A DNA stretch of 64,000 nt from Candidatus Geocrenenecus huangii (GTDB lineage Archaea > Thermoproteota > Nitrososphaeria_A > Caldarchaeales > Wolframiiraptoraceae). The DNA lies in assembly GCA_023254095.1 (NCBI GenBank), contig JALNLM010000003.1, positions 64,001-128,000 of the forward strand. The letters run 5' to 3'. Positions 10,092 through 19,698 of this stretch are shown here, piece by piece (the stretch's first letter is position 1; the number at the start of each line of letters is the position of its first letter). The notes beneath the pieces were generated by a model. The model did no database searches. It had not been told where the DNA came from and saw nothing but the letters and a program-made list of their open reading frames with translations. The translations under genes and the position numbers were made by a program.

Positions 10092-10631
10092 ATGATCTTA
10101 AGTGATAGAGAGATATTAGATTATATTACAAGAGGATGGCTGGTGAAGCCGGGATCGGATGTTATCGAAAATAATCTAGTAGGCTCAAATAGTCTAGACC
10201 TTAGGATAGGTAGTAAGATTATCAGATTAAGAAGTCGTAAAGAGATAATTGATCCTGATGAGATAGACGAAATGCACGACTACTATATTCTAGAAGAAGG
10301 TGAAGAATTTATTATAGAACCAAGAGAAAGCCTATTGCTCACTAGTCTAGAGTACTTAAAGCTACCTACAAACATCATGGGATTCGTGAGCTTAAAGAGT
10401 ACCTATGCAAGACTGGGTCTTAGCATACCCCCAACAATAGTTAATGCTGGATCAGAAGGTGAACTAACCATTGAGCTTATAGGTGGACCATTTCCAATAA
10501 AGATACGTAGAGGTGCTAGAATCATACAGATAGTATTCGTTAAATTATCTTCTCCAGCCGAGAAACCATATAGGGGTAGATACTTTAACCAGAAGGGCCC
10601 AACACTTCCGAAAGTATGGAATAAGCCGTAA
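10092..10631 (+). CDS. dcd: dCTP deaminase
   Basis: MILSDREI, SLDLRIG, KSTYARLGL, GELTIE and Y.G.Y..Q motifs. Confidence 0.85.
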   Translation: MILSDREILDYITRGWLVKPGSDVIENNLVGSNSLDLRIGSKIIRLRSRKEIIDPDEIDEMHDYYILEEGEEFIIEPRESLLLTSLEYLKLPTNIMGFVSLKSTYARLGLSIPPTIVNAGSEGELTIELIGGPFPIKIRRGARIIQIVFVKLSSPAEKPYRGRYFNQKGPTLPKVWNKP

Positions 10632-11554
10632 TGCAGAATTCGCCTATGAGCCGGGCCATAGAAGTGTGGAGCGAGTTCAATCTAGAGCAATCACTAGAAG
10701 CCTCCTTCACACTACCATTCTTCGATAAGATTAAGGACGAGTACGTGAAGTCTTATGGAAGGTACCGAGGTCTGAGAATAAGGCAGGAGAGAAACTTGTT
10801 AGAATTTGAGGGGGGAAGTAGGCTTGAAGCCATGATGCTGAGTGGAGCATGGTTTAACCCACATGTAGAGATCCGTAGAATTAACAGAAACGAAAGAAAC
10901 ATTTTGGAAAAACTATTAGATGTATTTCCAGGCCTCGGAATAGCCATTAATCCATGGGATAAAATAGCAACATTCTACACGGTCTTCCTATCGAGAAACA
11001 CCGACTATCATAGTAATACTGTCAAATGGGTGAAGAGAATTTTAAGAGAGGCCCAGGATGAAGAAATGATAAAATCAGTTAATTTAAGCGAAGTTGGAAA
11101 GAGTTATCAATTAAGACAACTGATTGAAGTTAGAGATAGAATTGATTCATTATTCAGCCTAGGAGAATTCAAAAAAGAGAAATATGAGTTAGAAGATTTC
11201 CTAGGTCTTCGTACGAAGATGCTCTCTATTAAGTACTGTGGACCGAAAGTAGTGCATGGATGGGGTCTATTCACATTAGGCTTAACATATCTAAGCCAGG
11301 TCGATAGACATTTACTGAATATTGGAAGATCTCTACGAATAATTAATCCAGATGATAGAAATCCTGAGAAAGCCTTATGCATAACTTCAAGATGCTTCCT
11401 AGATAGAGATTGTAGGATACTTGAAAGATGTGTTACCTATAAGCTTTACAGGTTATTCGGATGCATGGCCGGATGGTTTCAGACCGCTGCATATCTCTAC
11501 GGAGCGAGATACCTGAGTAAAGGAATAGACCCTTATAGTGTCGTGAGAAAATAG
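10631..11554 (+). CDS. HhH-GPD superfamily DNA glycosylase/lyase-like protein
   Basis: LSIKYCGPKV hairpin followed by VDRH; Cys cluster CxxxxCxxxxxCxxxxxC; GWFQ near the C-terminus; TAATG overlap with dcd. Confidence 0.6.
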   Translation: MQNSPMSRAIEVWSEFNLEQSLEASFTLPFFDKIKDEYVKSYGRYRGLRIRQERNLLEFEGGSRLEAMMLSGAWFNPHVEIRRINRNERNILEKLLDVFPGLGIAINPWDKIATFYTVFLSRNTDYHSNTVKWVKRILREAQDEEMIKSVNLSEVGKSYQLRQLIEVRDRIDSLFSLGEFKKEKYELEDFLGLRTKMLSIKYCGPKVVHGWGLFTLGLTYLSQVDRHLLNIGRSLRIINPDDRNPEKALCITSRCFLDRDCRILERCVTYKLYRLFGCMAGWFQTAAYLYGARYLSKGIDPYSVVRK

Positions 11555-11628
11555 ATAACCAACGGTTTCACTCCCAGTAGAACGACCATATTCTCAAACT
11601 TCTCGTAAACAAATAGCCATGTAGGCTT

Positions 11629-12315
11629 TTATGCCGCTTCGGTCCAAATTCTATCAAATTCATTTCTATAGAGTTCGGCTACTCCTTTATCTCTTATCAC
11701 TAAGACGTTTTCGTCATTTTTATCCTCAGCACTTGCTGACCAGTTATAGCTACCGGTAATCACGATTTCATCATCGATGACGGCGAATTTGTGATGCATT
11801 AGATCAGGGTTTCCATCAACTTTTATATCTACTCCTGCCCTCCTCAGCTTCTCATACTCTGAACCCTTAACATCCACCTGCTGTTCTTCCACTACCACTC
11901 TTATTCTTATTCCTCTATTTTTAAGCTCTATTAAAGAACCCGCCAACAGATCGCTTGTAAAAGAGTAAACAGCTACATAGACGTATCTTTTAGCACTGCT
12001 TAGAATATCAACGATCTTTGTATCGCACCTATCTGTTTTAGAGAAGCAGACGAGAGAGATAGTTTTATCAATTTCTTCCCGGGAGACTGTGACCGTAGAT
12101 GTTTCTCGGATAGTGACTGTGATTACCATTTGAGTGGTTTCAACCCTACCAGTCACCTCGGGGATAGTTATGGTCCTATACTCTGTTAAGGTAGTGGTCT
12201 TAACTCTCACACTCGAGATGAAGATGCCCAGGATGAAGCCGACGATACACATGACGATTATCGCCATGATTACCGTCTTGATGGATAGATTTCTCGCTAA
12301 TCCTCCACTAGACAT
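11629..12315 (-). CDS. Membrane-anchored phospholipase D family nuclease (Nuc-like, single HKD)
   Basis: HHKFAVID...TGSYNWS...NDEN motif; N-terminal TM plus Thr-rich linker; ATG 12315 preceded by GAGGT (ORF is open to 12345). Confidence 0.85.
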   Translation of the reverse strand: MSSGGLARNLSIKTVIMAIIVMCIVGFILGIFISSVRVKTTTLTEYRTITIPEVTGRVETTQMVITVTIRETSTVTVSREEIDKTISLVCFSKTDRCDTKIVDILSSAKRYVYVAVYSFTSDLLAGSLIELKNRGIRIRVVVEEQQVDVKGSEYEKLRRAGVDIKVDGNPDLMHHKFAVIDDEIVITGSYNWSASAEDKNDENVLVIRDKGVAELYRNEFDRIWTEAA

Positions 12316-12493
12316 ATCAACTACCTCAACTCTAAGCATTCTCACAGCATATTAAACATATTGAGTGGCTCACGTTCTTCACCCTCTAAAGACTACTTCC
12401 GGTATCCGAGCTTACTGCGAATTACTGTGGTCTCATCTTATGATGCTCGAAGTATCCAGAGATTAAGGATAGATATCTATTAAGAACGGAGAG

Positions 12494-13315
12494 ATGGAGA
12501 AGAGTGAAGAGAAGATGGATGAAGTAAGAGTTGGAAGAGGATATGACCCGTTGGAATTGACGGAAGAAGTTAGAGAAAAAGTAGTCCGAGTAATTAATAG
12601 TGTAGAAGAGAGAAAGTATTACAGGTTTAGGAAGGATAGGTGGTATGGTGGAATAGCTACAGGAGATGTTGTTGGATGTAATCTAAGATGTGGAATGTGT
12701 TGGAGCTGGAGGTCCGCGAGCCACATAATGGCTAAAGGCTTCTATTGTAGTCCTAGCCAATCCTTCAAGCAGTTGAGGAATATTGCTTACTCCTCAGGTT
12801 TTAGAATGGTTAGGCTAAGTGGGGGAGAACCAACAATTTCTAAAGAACACCTACTAGAGCTGTTAAGATTGTTCGAGAACTCCAAGCTAGAATTCATACT
12901 TGAGACGAACGGTATAATCATTGGAAGCGACATAGATTTTGCTAAAGAACTAGTACGATACAACTATTTGGTCGTCAGAGTTTCCATAAAAGGATGTTCG
13001 AGAGAAGATTTCTACAACATTACTCTAGCTAGACCAGAGTTCTTCGATCTACAATTGAAAGCTTTAGAAAACCTTATCGAGCAAGGAGCGAAACCTTGCG
13101 AGCAAGTCTACCCAGCAGTTATGCTTAGCTTTAGTGAGAGAAAAGACTATGAGCTCCTTCAAGAAAAACTTTCGGATATCCATCCTCTCCTCTCAAAATG
13201 CATTGACGAAGAATACGTCATACTCTACCCACATGTTGTTAAACTATTAGAGGTGAGGAAACTGAGGCCGAAGATATGTTTTCGCCCCAACGGTATCCCT
13301 GAGCACATGATCTAG
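12494..13315 (+). CDS. Radical SAM Fe-S protein (archaeal COG5014-like)
   Basis: RKYYRFR, YGGIATGD, GCNLRCGMCW, SGGEP and LETNG motifs. Confidence 0.85.
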   Translation: MEKSEEKMDEVRVGRGYDPLELTEEVREKVVRVINSVEERKYYRFRKDRWYGGIATGDVVGCNLRCGMCWSWRSASHIMAKGFYCSPSQSFKQLRNIAYSSGFRMVRLSGGEPTISKEHLLELLRLFENSKLEFILETNGIIIGSDIDFAKELVRYNYLVVRVSIKGCSREDFYNITLARPEFFDLQLKALENLIEQGAKPCEQVYPAVMLSFSERKDYELLQEKLSDIHPLLSKCIDEEYVILYPHVVKLLEVRKLRPKICFRPNGIPEHMI

Positions 13316-13391
13316 AAAAAACAAGATATCAATGTAGGAAGACATTTCCAGAGTTAGATTTTTTAAATGCATAAATACATTTTCTAGCCGA

Positions 13392-14822
13392 ATGGAGAAT
13401 CGGTGGAGCGTTCTCACGGTCACCACTGTCGGCATATTTATGGCGTCCCTTGATGCCAGTCTTCTTGTTGTAGGTTTACCGGTAGTTATAAATGAGCTGG
13501 GAACAGACCTGGCTACTGGAAGCTGGCTTATAACAACTTACCGCCTTGCATTAACCATCTTGCTTGTACCATTCGGCAGGTTGGGAGACATACATGGTAG
13601 AGTTAAGTTATACTCTATCGGATACTTCGTCTTCGCTGTCAGCTCACTACTATGTGCACTTTCATCCAATGTCTACCAGTTACTAGTTTTCAGATTGATT
13701 CAGGGAGTCGGTGGAGCAGCGATGTTCGTTAACTCTATGGCGATAGTTACAGATGCATTCGCAGGCAGAGGGCTTGGACTCGGTATAGGCGTAAACCAGA
13801 TAGCAATAAACGCGGGAACAATAATCGGCTATACGTTGAGCGGCATGGTGATCAGCTTATATGGCTGGAGAGCATTGTTCTTGATAAATGTACCTATCGG
13901 TATATTCGGCGGGCTCTGGTCCAAATTTAGATTAAGAGAAACAAGTCCTTCTCAAGGATCTGGAAAATTCGATTTTGTAGGGGCAGCCATATTTTCTATT
14001 TCTATAACCTTGCTGATGCTAGGATTAACCTCAGGGGCCATCACCACCACTATACCGTTATCTTTAATCGCTTCAAGTCTAATCCTATTTGTAGTGTTCA
14101 TACTTTTCGAGAGGAAAGCGTCTTACCCAATGCTCGATTTTAACTTATTCAGAATTAAGACGTTCACGGTTGGAAACATATCGAATCTATTAAACGGCGT
14201 ATCTTTTGCGTCTTTAGCTTTCCTAATCTCAGTATATCTTGAGATTATCTTAGGGTTTACTCCTATCCACGCCGGTTTAAGTTTGATACCCATAGATTTA
14301 ACGCTGGTACTAGTTGGACCAGTTAGTGGATGGCTTTCAGACAAGATTGGAGCTAGAATACTTAGTACAGCCGGATTAGCAATTACCAGCATCGCTTTGA
14401 TAGTATTAGCTAATATCTCTGTTAATCTTAACTATAATATTCTCTTAGTGGGGCTGATGCTAGGAGGGCTTGGAGTAGGATTATTCAGAAGTCCTAACGC
14501 TAGCTCAGTTATGGGTTCAGTACCAAGTGAGAGAAGAGGTGTAGCTGCAGGTGTTAGAAGCACTATCATAAATACTAGCATGGCTTTAAGTATACCGTTC
14601 TCAATAGCTGTAATATCCACAACAATGCCTTCTAGCGAATTATATAAATTCTTTAATGATAGAAAAATTGGTATGGAGTCTGTTACTCGGTACGGCGAGC
14701 TGCTACAGGGTATAAGAAATGCTCTATATGCTTCAGCAATATTAAATATTTTTGCCGCTATCCTTTCATACCTACGTGAAGAAAAACGTTATGCCGTGAG
14801 AAATATCCACACCATCGAGTAA
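13392..14822 (+). CDS. MFS transporter, DHA2 (14-TM drug/H+ antiporter) family
   Basis: GRLGDIHGR motif A, RLIQGVG and INVPIG motifs; about 14 TMs. Confidence 0.9.
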   Translation: MENRWSVLTVTTVGIFMASLDASLLVVGLPVVINELGTDLATGSWLITTYRLALTILLVPFGRLGDIHGRVKLYSIGYFVFAVSSLLCALSSNVYQLLVFRLIQGVGGAAMFVNSMAIVTDAFAGRGLGLGIGVNQIAINAGTIIGYTLSGMVISLYGWRALFLINVPIGIFGGLWSKFRLRETSPSQGSGKFDFVGAAIFSISITLLMLGLTSGAITTTIPLSLIASSLILFVVFILFERKASYPMLDFNLFRIKTFTVGNISNLLNGVSFASLAFLISVYLEIILGFTPIHAGLSLIPIDLTLVLVGPVSGWLSDKIGARILSTAGLAITSIALIVLANISVNLNYNILLVGLMLGGLGVGLFRSPNASSVMGSVPSERRGVAAGVRSTIINTSMALSIPFSIAVISTTMPSSELYKFFNDRKIGMESVTRYGELLQGIRNALYASAILNIFAAILSYLREEKRYAVRNIHTIE

Positions 14823-14996
14823 GAACGCGAAACATAGATATGGATAAGATATTTTCATAGCGTCTTTATCCCCTCCTAACGTATTCATGATATTAGGGGT
14901 GTTATCGGTAGTGTTGAGGGATCAACCTCGGTTTTACATGTCGGTGATGCCAATGATACATTGGCTCTATCTATTTATGGGAAAAAATAAGGGAGG

Positions 14997-15230
14997 TTAT
15001 GTGGTTACGACCGCTGTCTCTGTAGATTGCACACCTCTTACTCTGTGGATTCTTGATGCAACAAGTTTTCCGATCTCCTCAAATGATTCAACTTCTATGA
15101 ACGCTACAATATCATATCTTCCGGTCACCATTCTAGCGGACTTTACACCTTTAATTCTTGAAACCCCTCTTAAAACCGCGTTCGCATTACCTTTTAAGGC
15201 TCTTATGAATACGTATGCCTGTACAGGCAT
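14997..15230 (-). CDS. Stand-alone Lrp/AsnC ligand-binding (RAM) domain protein
   Basis: AYVFI...VTGRYD...GV.STET; no HTH. Confidence 0.85.
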   Translation of the reverse strand: MPVQAYVFIRALKGNANAVLRGVSRIKGVKSARMVTGRYDIVAFIEVESFEEIGKLVASRIHRVRGVQSTETAVVTT

Positions 15231-15236
15231 CCTCTC

Positions 15237-15470
15237 TCACCCCACTGAGAGAAGCGTCTCCGTTCTCTCAACTCCCTCGATAGCCTGGATACGTTCAATA
15301 ATCAATTCATACAACTTCCTCAGATCTTCTACTTCAACTTCTACTACAGCATCGAATCTACCAGTTACAGGATAAGCAGCTTTAACATTTTCAATCTTCT
15401 GGATTTCAGGTATCATGTCTCTTAGTTTTCCCATTCTACATCTCAGTAGAATATACGCATATACGGCCAT
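15237..15470 (-). CDS. Stand-alone Lrp/AsnC ligand-binding (RAM) domain protein
   Basis: AYILL...VTGRFD...GVERTET; no HTH; tandem paralog of the adjacent gene. Confidence 0.85.
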   Translation of the reverse strand: MAVYAYILLRCRMGKLRDMIPEIQKIENVKAAYPVTGRFDAVVEVEVEDLRKLYELIIERIQAIEGVERTETLLSVG

Positions 15471-15818
15471 GAACTCTCATTGTAGATATTGCATAAAATG
15501 GTAGATAAGGCTTCCTTTGAACAACATTATTTATAAACACCTGCTCGTAACGCGGATAAAAACCATAAACTATCTTTAAAAGAATCTTGACCTATGAGAG
15601 AGTGACGAAGCAAGTATACCAGTCCATGTTCTAGGGAATTGATTACATTAAAATATACTTCAGAGATTACTCAACAAATATTGCATCCATATAATTCTAT
15701 CTTCTATTACTTTTTCATAGAGATTTCGTTCTTCTCTTTTATCAATTTACACGGTCTAATAGTTTACCTTGACTCCGTTTATCTTGTGTTGTTCTATCAG
15801 CCTGCTACTTAACAATGT

Positions 15819-15846
15819 AAGCCCTCTAGCTTCCATTCGGGGGCTT
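15819..15846. terminator. GC-rich hairpin just downstream of the htrA stop; possible terminator or 3' stabiliser
   Basis: AAGCCCTC-12 nt-GGGGGCTT, followed by a T-rich run on the + strand. Confidence 0.3.
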
Positions 15847-15869
15847 TTCATTTTTCTATGCTCATGATT

Positions 15870-17114
15870 CTATGATATCGACCCTAATGTTAATGGAATA
15901 TCTATTTCACGATTATCTCTCAATATTTTTAGTGTTATCGTATCTCCAGGTCTTTTATATTCTTCAATGTATGATAGTATGTCTGCTAGACCGAAGACGA
16001 CTATACCGTCAACGCCTATTATTACGTCTCCTCCAATATTTATTCTTGTTCCATCTGAGAGCGTGATCACCCTGCTGCCAGCTCTCAACCCAGCTTTCTC
16101 TGCAGGGCTATCCTTTGCAACAGCTGTTATTAGTAGTCCATATGCTTTCTCCAAATTCATCAATTGAGCTACCTCCATGTTAACATCTATTCCACCTATA
16201 CCCATCCATGGATGCTCATAGTTGCCTTTCTCGATTAATGATTTAACAACTCTTACAACTATGTTGGAGGGTATCGCGAAACCTATTCCCGCAAATTCTC
16301 CAGTAGTTGATGCGATAGCGGTTGTAACGCCTACGACTTTTCCAGAATAGTCTAGTAATGGTCCACCACTGTTCCCTGGGTTTACAGCTGCGTCGAACTG
16401 TATTACTCCAGGTATACCTCTACCGCCAGGGCTTTCGAGAAGTCTGTTCAACTGGCTTATCACTCCCGCAGTTAAAGTAGCTGTTAATCCGAATGGGTTC
16501 CCTATAGCGATCACAGGCTGCCCAACTCTAAGTTTTGACGAGTCACTAAAAGCTAAGGGGTTCAGAGTTTTCTCACCAGGCTCTATTTTTAATACTGCTA
16601 AATCAGCGTAAGGGTCTACTCCAATTATCTTAGCCACGTATACACTTCTATCTGGGAAGAATACCTGTACACTTTCAGCATTCTCAACAACATGGTAGTT
16701 CGTGATAATGTATCCATCAGGAGAGTATACGAATCCAGAACCCTCAGACGAGGCGTAAGTTTTACCGAAGATCGTTTCTACAACGATTCTAGATTTTATC
16801 AGGACAATCGAGTCTTTAACTTTCTCATATACCATCTCCGGAGCGGTGAGATTATGCTGAGCCAATGTTAAAACAGCCGTTGAGGAAATATTCGACCTCA
16901 GAATGGATAGATTTTCTTCTATATCTGTTAAGCGATATTCATAGTTTGAGAGCCTGGACCTCAGATCGTCGATCTTCTCGGAAAGTTGTAGAAGCTTTAT
17001 GTTAAAATCATTAATAGATAGTTGGTATAGGATTAGTGATCCTGCAGACAATATTAGTGCAGCCACGATAACTATGGTTAATGCGATGTATGCTCTGTTC
17101 ATCTTACTTACCAC
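15870..17114 (-). CDS. htrA: HtrA/DegP-family serine protease with N-terminal TM, coiled coil and PDZ domain
   Basis: GSGF, TNYHV, DLAV and GNSGGPL catalytic motifs; C-terminal PDZ; ATG 17102 is an alternative start. Confidence 0.92.
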   Translation of the reverse strand: MVSKMNRAYIALTIVIVAALILSAGSLILYQLSINDFNIKLLQLSEKIDDLRSRLSNYEYRLTDIEENLSILRSNISSTAVLTLAQHNLTAPEMVYEKVKDSIVLIKSRIVVETIFGKTYASSEGSGFVYSPDGYIITNYHVVENAESVQVFFPDRSVYVAKIIGVDPYADLAVLKIEPGEKTLNPLAFSDSSKLRVGQPVIAIGNPFGLTATLTAGVISQLNRLLESPGGRGIPGVIQFDAAVNPGNSGGPLLDYSGKVVGVTTAIASTTGEFAGIGFAIPSNIVVRVVKSLIEKGNYEHPWMGIGGIDVNMEVAQLMNLEKAYGLLITAVAKDSPAEKAGLRAGSRVITLSDGTRINIGGDVIIGVDGIVVFGLADILSYIEEYKRPGDTITLKILRDNREIDIPLTLGSIS

Positions 17115-17160
17115 CTCTTATCCAGACATCTATTTTCACAAATGATAGCATTTGTGGACT

Positions 17161-17191
17161 TTATAAGGAATTTCCTGAAACAAGCTGGAAC
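17161..17191 (-). promoter_or_regulatory. htrA promoter: TATA box with three phased GTTYCA-like hexamers
   Basis: Minus strand reads GTTCCA-GCTT-GTTTCA-GGAA-ATTCCT-TATAA; 17/20 nt identical to 24428-24447. Confidence 0.6.
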
Positions 17192-17266
17192 AAGATAACT
17201 AGAAGACTGCGTTAACAAAGAAAAATATCCTAGGCTTTCCCTATATTTTTCGAAAAGATTTTTCAG

Positions 17267-18679
17267 CTAATCTAGATGGAATCTACCAATCATATCGATT
17301 CTCTCAAATCCGTGATATCCGAATCTTTCTCTAAGAGCCTGGATAAGGTTTGCAGGTAGTCTCTCACGTTTTAGGGCTATCAGGTAATTTAGAGACGAGT
17401 CGAAGATAGGTGTAGGAATATTCGTAAATTTTAACTTAGAAAGAAGTAGTCTAAGAGAACCTTCTAGACCAGTAACCTCTTTGAATAGCTCGTCATCCAT
17501 TAGAATATTCTCTATTCCCGGATTTCTCTCAACTACTTCTATAAGCTTGTTTAGTAGTGCAGAACGTATTATGCATCCACCCCTCCATATCTTCAACAAT
17601 TTCACTATGTCGATATTATATGAATACTCGTCTGAAGCCTTCTTGATAAGATGTAGACCCTGAGTATACGATAGAATCATAGCCAGATGAAACGAGTTCT
17701 TTAAATGTTCGAGGAAGAGCTCCGTTGACCCTAAATTACTCTTATTCTTATTTGAGGATTCACAGAGTTTCCTCGACAACGATGTACGTAAGTCCTTATA
17801 CGTAGATATTACTCTAGAAGTAACGGCTGCATCAATACATGGTGTTGGAACAACTATATCTAAGGCTGTCTGGGTAGTCCATTTACCTGTTCCTTTCTGT
17901 TCAGCTTTATCATATATTAGTTCTACAATTGGTAAATTTGTTACTTCATCTACCCTCTGTAGCACATCTACAGTTATCTCAAGAAGATATGAATTCAAAT
18001 CATGCTTAAGCCATTCTCTAAACATGTCCCTGATATGTGGGATCTCCAACATCATAACATTCCTCATAATATCATATGTTTCTGCAATAGATTCCATGAT
18101 AGCGTATTCAATACCGTTATGAACCATTTTTACGAAGTGCCCTGCTCCTCTAGATCCAACGTATCCTGCGCAGGGCTCACTATCTACTTTTGCGGAGATA
18201 CTCCTCCAAAATTCTCTCATAACAGAGTATCCATACTCTTCTCCGCCCACCATGATTGATGGACCCTTCAATGCTCCTTCTTTTCCGCCGCTTATCCCAA
18301 CCCCCATCAATACAATATTCTTCTTCTTTAACTCATCCTGTCTCCTCTCCGTATCTTTATAGAAAGAATTACCACAATCACAAACAATATCTCCCTCATC
18401 CAAGTATTTTGAGAGGGAGACGAGTATCTGGTCGACTGGCTGGCCTGCTGGAACTAGTAAGATTATCTTTCTAGGTTTCTCAAGAGAGTTGACGAATTCT
18501 TCAATAGTATATGTAGGCTTAATCTCAAACATGTTTGATGCTTTTTCATAAAGTTTCTTTGTCTTCTCCACTACTTTATCATATATAGACACGGTGAATC
18601 CCTTTGAAACAGTATTTAACGTAAGGTTTCCACCCATAACTCCAAGCCCAATTATACCAAGATAGCTTAATGTATGCAC
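17267..18679 (-). CDS. gnd: 6-phosphogluconate dehydrogenase, decarboxylating, long (GndA-type) form
   Basis: GLGVMG, FVKMVHNGIEY, QKGTGKWT, WRGGCIIRS and LPANLIQA motifs; 470 aa. Confidence 0.92.
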   Translation of the reverse strand: MHTLSYLGIIGLGVMGGNLTLNTVSKGFTVSIYDKVVEKTKKLYEKASNMFEIKPTYTIEEFVNSLEKPRKIILLVPAGQPVDQILVSLSKYLDEGDIVCDCGNSFYKDTERRQDELKKKNIVLMGVGISGGKEGALKGPSIMVGGEEYGYSVMREFWRSISAKVDSEPCAGYVGSRGAGHFVKMVHNGIEYAIMESIAETYDIMRNVMMLEIPHIRDMFREWLKHDLNSYLLEITVDVLQRVDEVTNLPIVELIYDKAEQKGTGKWTTQTALDIVVPTPCIDAAVTSRVISTYKDLRTSLSRKLCESSNKNKSNLGSTELFLEHLKNSFHLAMILSYTQGLHLIKKASDEYSYNIDIVKLLKIWRGGCIIRSALLNKLIEVVERNPGIENILMDDELFKEVTGLEGSLRLLLSKLKFTNIPTPIFDSSLNYLIALKRERLPANLIQALRERFGYHGFERIDMIGRFHLD

Positions 18680-18834
18680 AGACTATAGAGCCTAGCCTTT
18701 AATATTAAATCTTACAGAATATTAGGGGTAACATGAACATATTGAGGTGCCGATCTTCATAACATTACCGCATTATTCTTTGCTTAGAAATGTATAAATA
18801 AGGTTTTCCAGACATCATAGGTAGGAGCATCTAG

Positions 18835-19662
18835 ATGGCTGAAGATTCCGAAGAACTCTATCTTTCGTTCCTGTTCCTAGCCTTCATAATACTCGTCTTT
18901 ACCTCTTCAGCTAATGCTGTTACTATGGGTGAGTTGATCCTGCGTATATATGAAGATGGAGTAGTCGCCATAGAGGATAGAATCTTACCTGAAGTTGATT
19001 ATGGGAATGTTACGGTTAAGCTTCTTACAAACAGAGTAGAGAACATCTTAGTAGTAGGTGGAGAAGGGAGACTAGTCAGCTATCAACTTAACGGAGACCT
19101 AGTAACATTGTATGGGGAAATACCAAACCAAGTCGTAATCCATTACGAGACCTCGGCTTTAACTATAAAGAATGGATCATTATGGACGTTGGAAATATAT
19201 CTACATAGGGATGCAGAAGTAGTGATGCCAAGTAGAAGTGTCATCATATCTCTAAGCGATGTCCCTAAAATGATCGTGGGGGAAGCAAATTCTCTAAAAC
19301 TATTATTAAGCCCAGGATTTTGGAAGATCGAGTACGTGATACAGTTTACGCCTCATAACACTATACAGGAAGCACAAGACAGTTCTTACATAATTATTTT
19401 TTCAAGCATTATTGGAGGACCTATTGCGATAGTTTCAGCTATGCTCTACATTAGGAGGAAAAAGAATTCAAGCATGGTTCTTGATGATGAGAAGAAGGTC
19501 TTCGAATTGATTAAAAAGAGGAGGAGGGTTACGGAAGCGGAGATTAGAGCTTTAACACGTCTGCCTAAGACGACGGTTTGGAGAATTGTTAGAAGACTTG
19601 AAAGAAAGGGATTAGTAAGAGTTATCAAAGTTAATAATAGGAATGAAGTGGAGCTTGCTTAG
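18835..19662 (+). CDS. Membrane-tethered transcriptional regulator (signal peptide, extracellular beta domain, TM, C-terminal winged HTH; COG2512-like)
   Basis: Signal peptide ending ANA; TM followed by RRKK; C-terminal TEAEI...LPKTTVWRIVRRLERKGLV...N.V. Confidence 0.8.
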   Translation: MAEDSEELYLSFLFLAFIILVFTSSANAVTMGELILRIYEDGVVAIEDRILPEVDYGNVTVKLLTNRVENILVVGGEGRLVSYQLNGDLVTLYGEIPNQVVIHYETSALTIKNGSLWTLEIYLHRDAEVVMPSRSVIISLSDVPKMIVGEANSLKLLLSPGFWKIEYVIQFTPHNTIQEAQDSSYIIIFSSIIGGPIAIVSAMLYIRRKKNSSMVLDDEKKVFELIKKRRRVTEAEIRALTRLPKTTVWRIVRRLERKGLVRVIKVNNRNEVELA

Positions 19663-19698
19663 CTCGAAGACACAGAATATTCATTTCATTCAGCATTG

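Noticed and set aside
15819-15846. Hairpin as an IS200/IS605 or MITE end
   Set aside because: No tnpA/tnpB and no second copy or matching end were seen in the window
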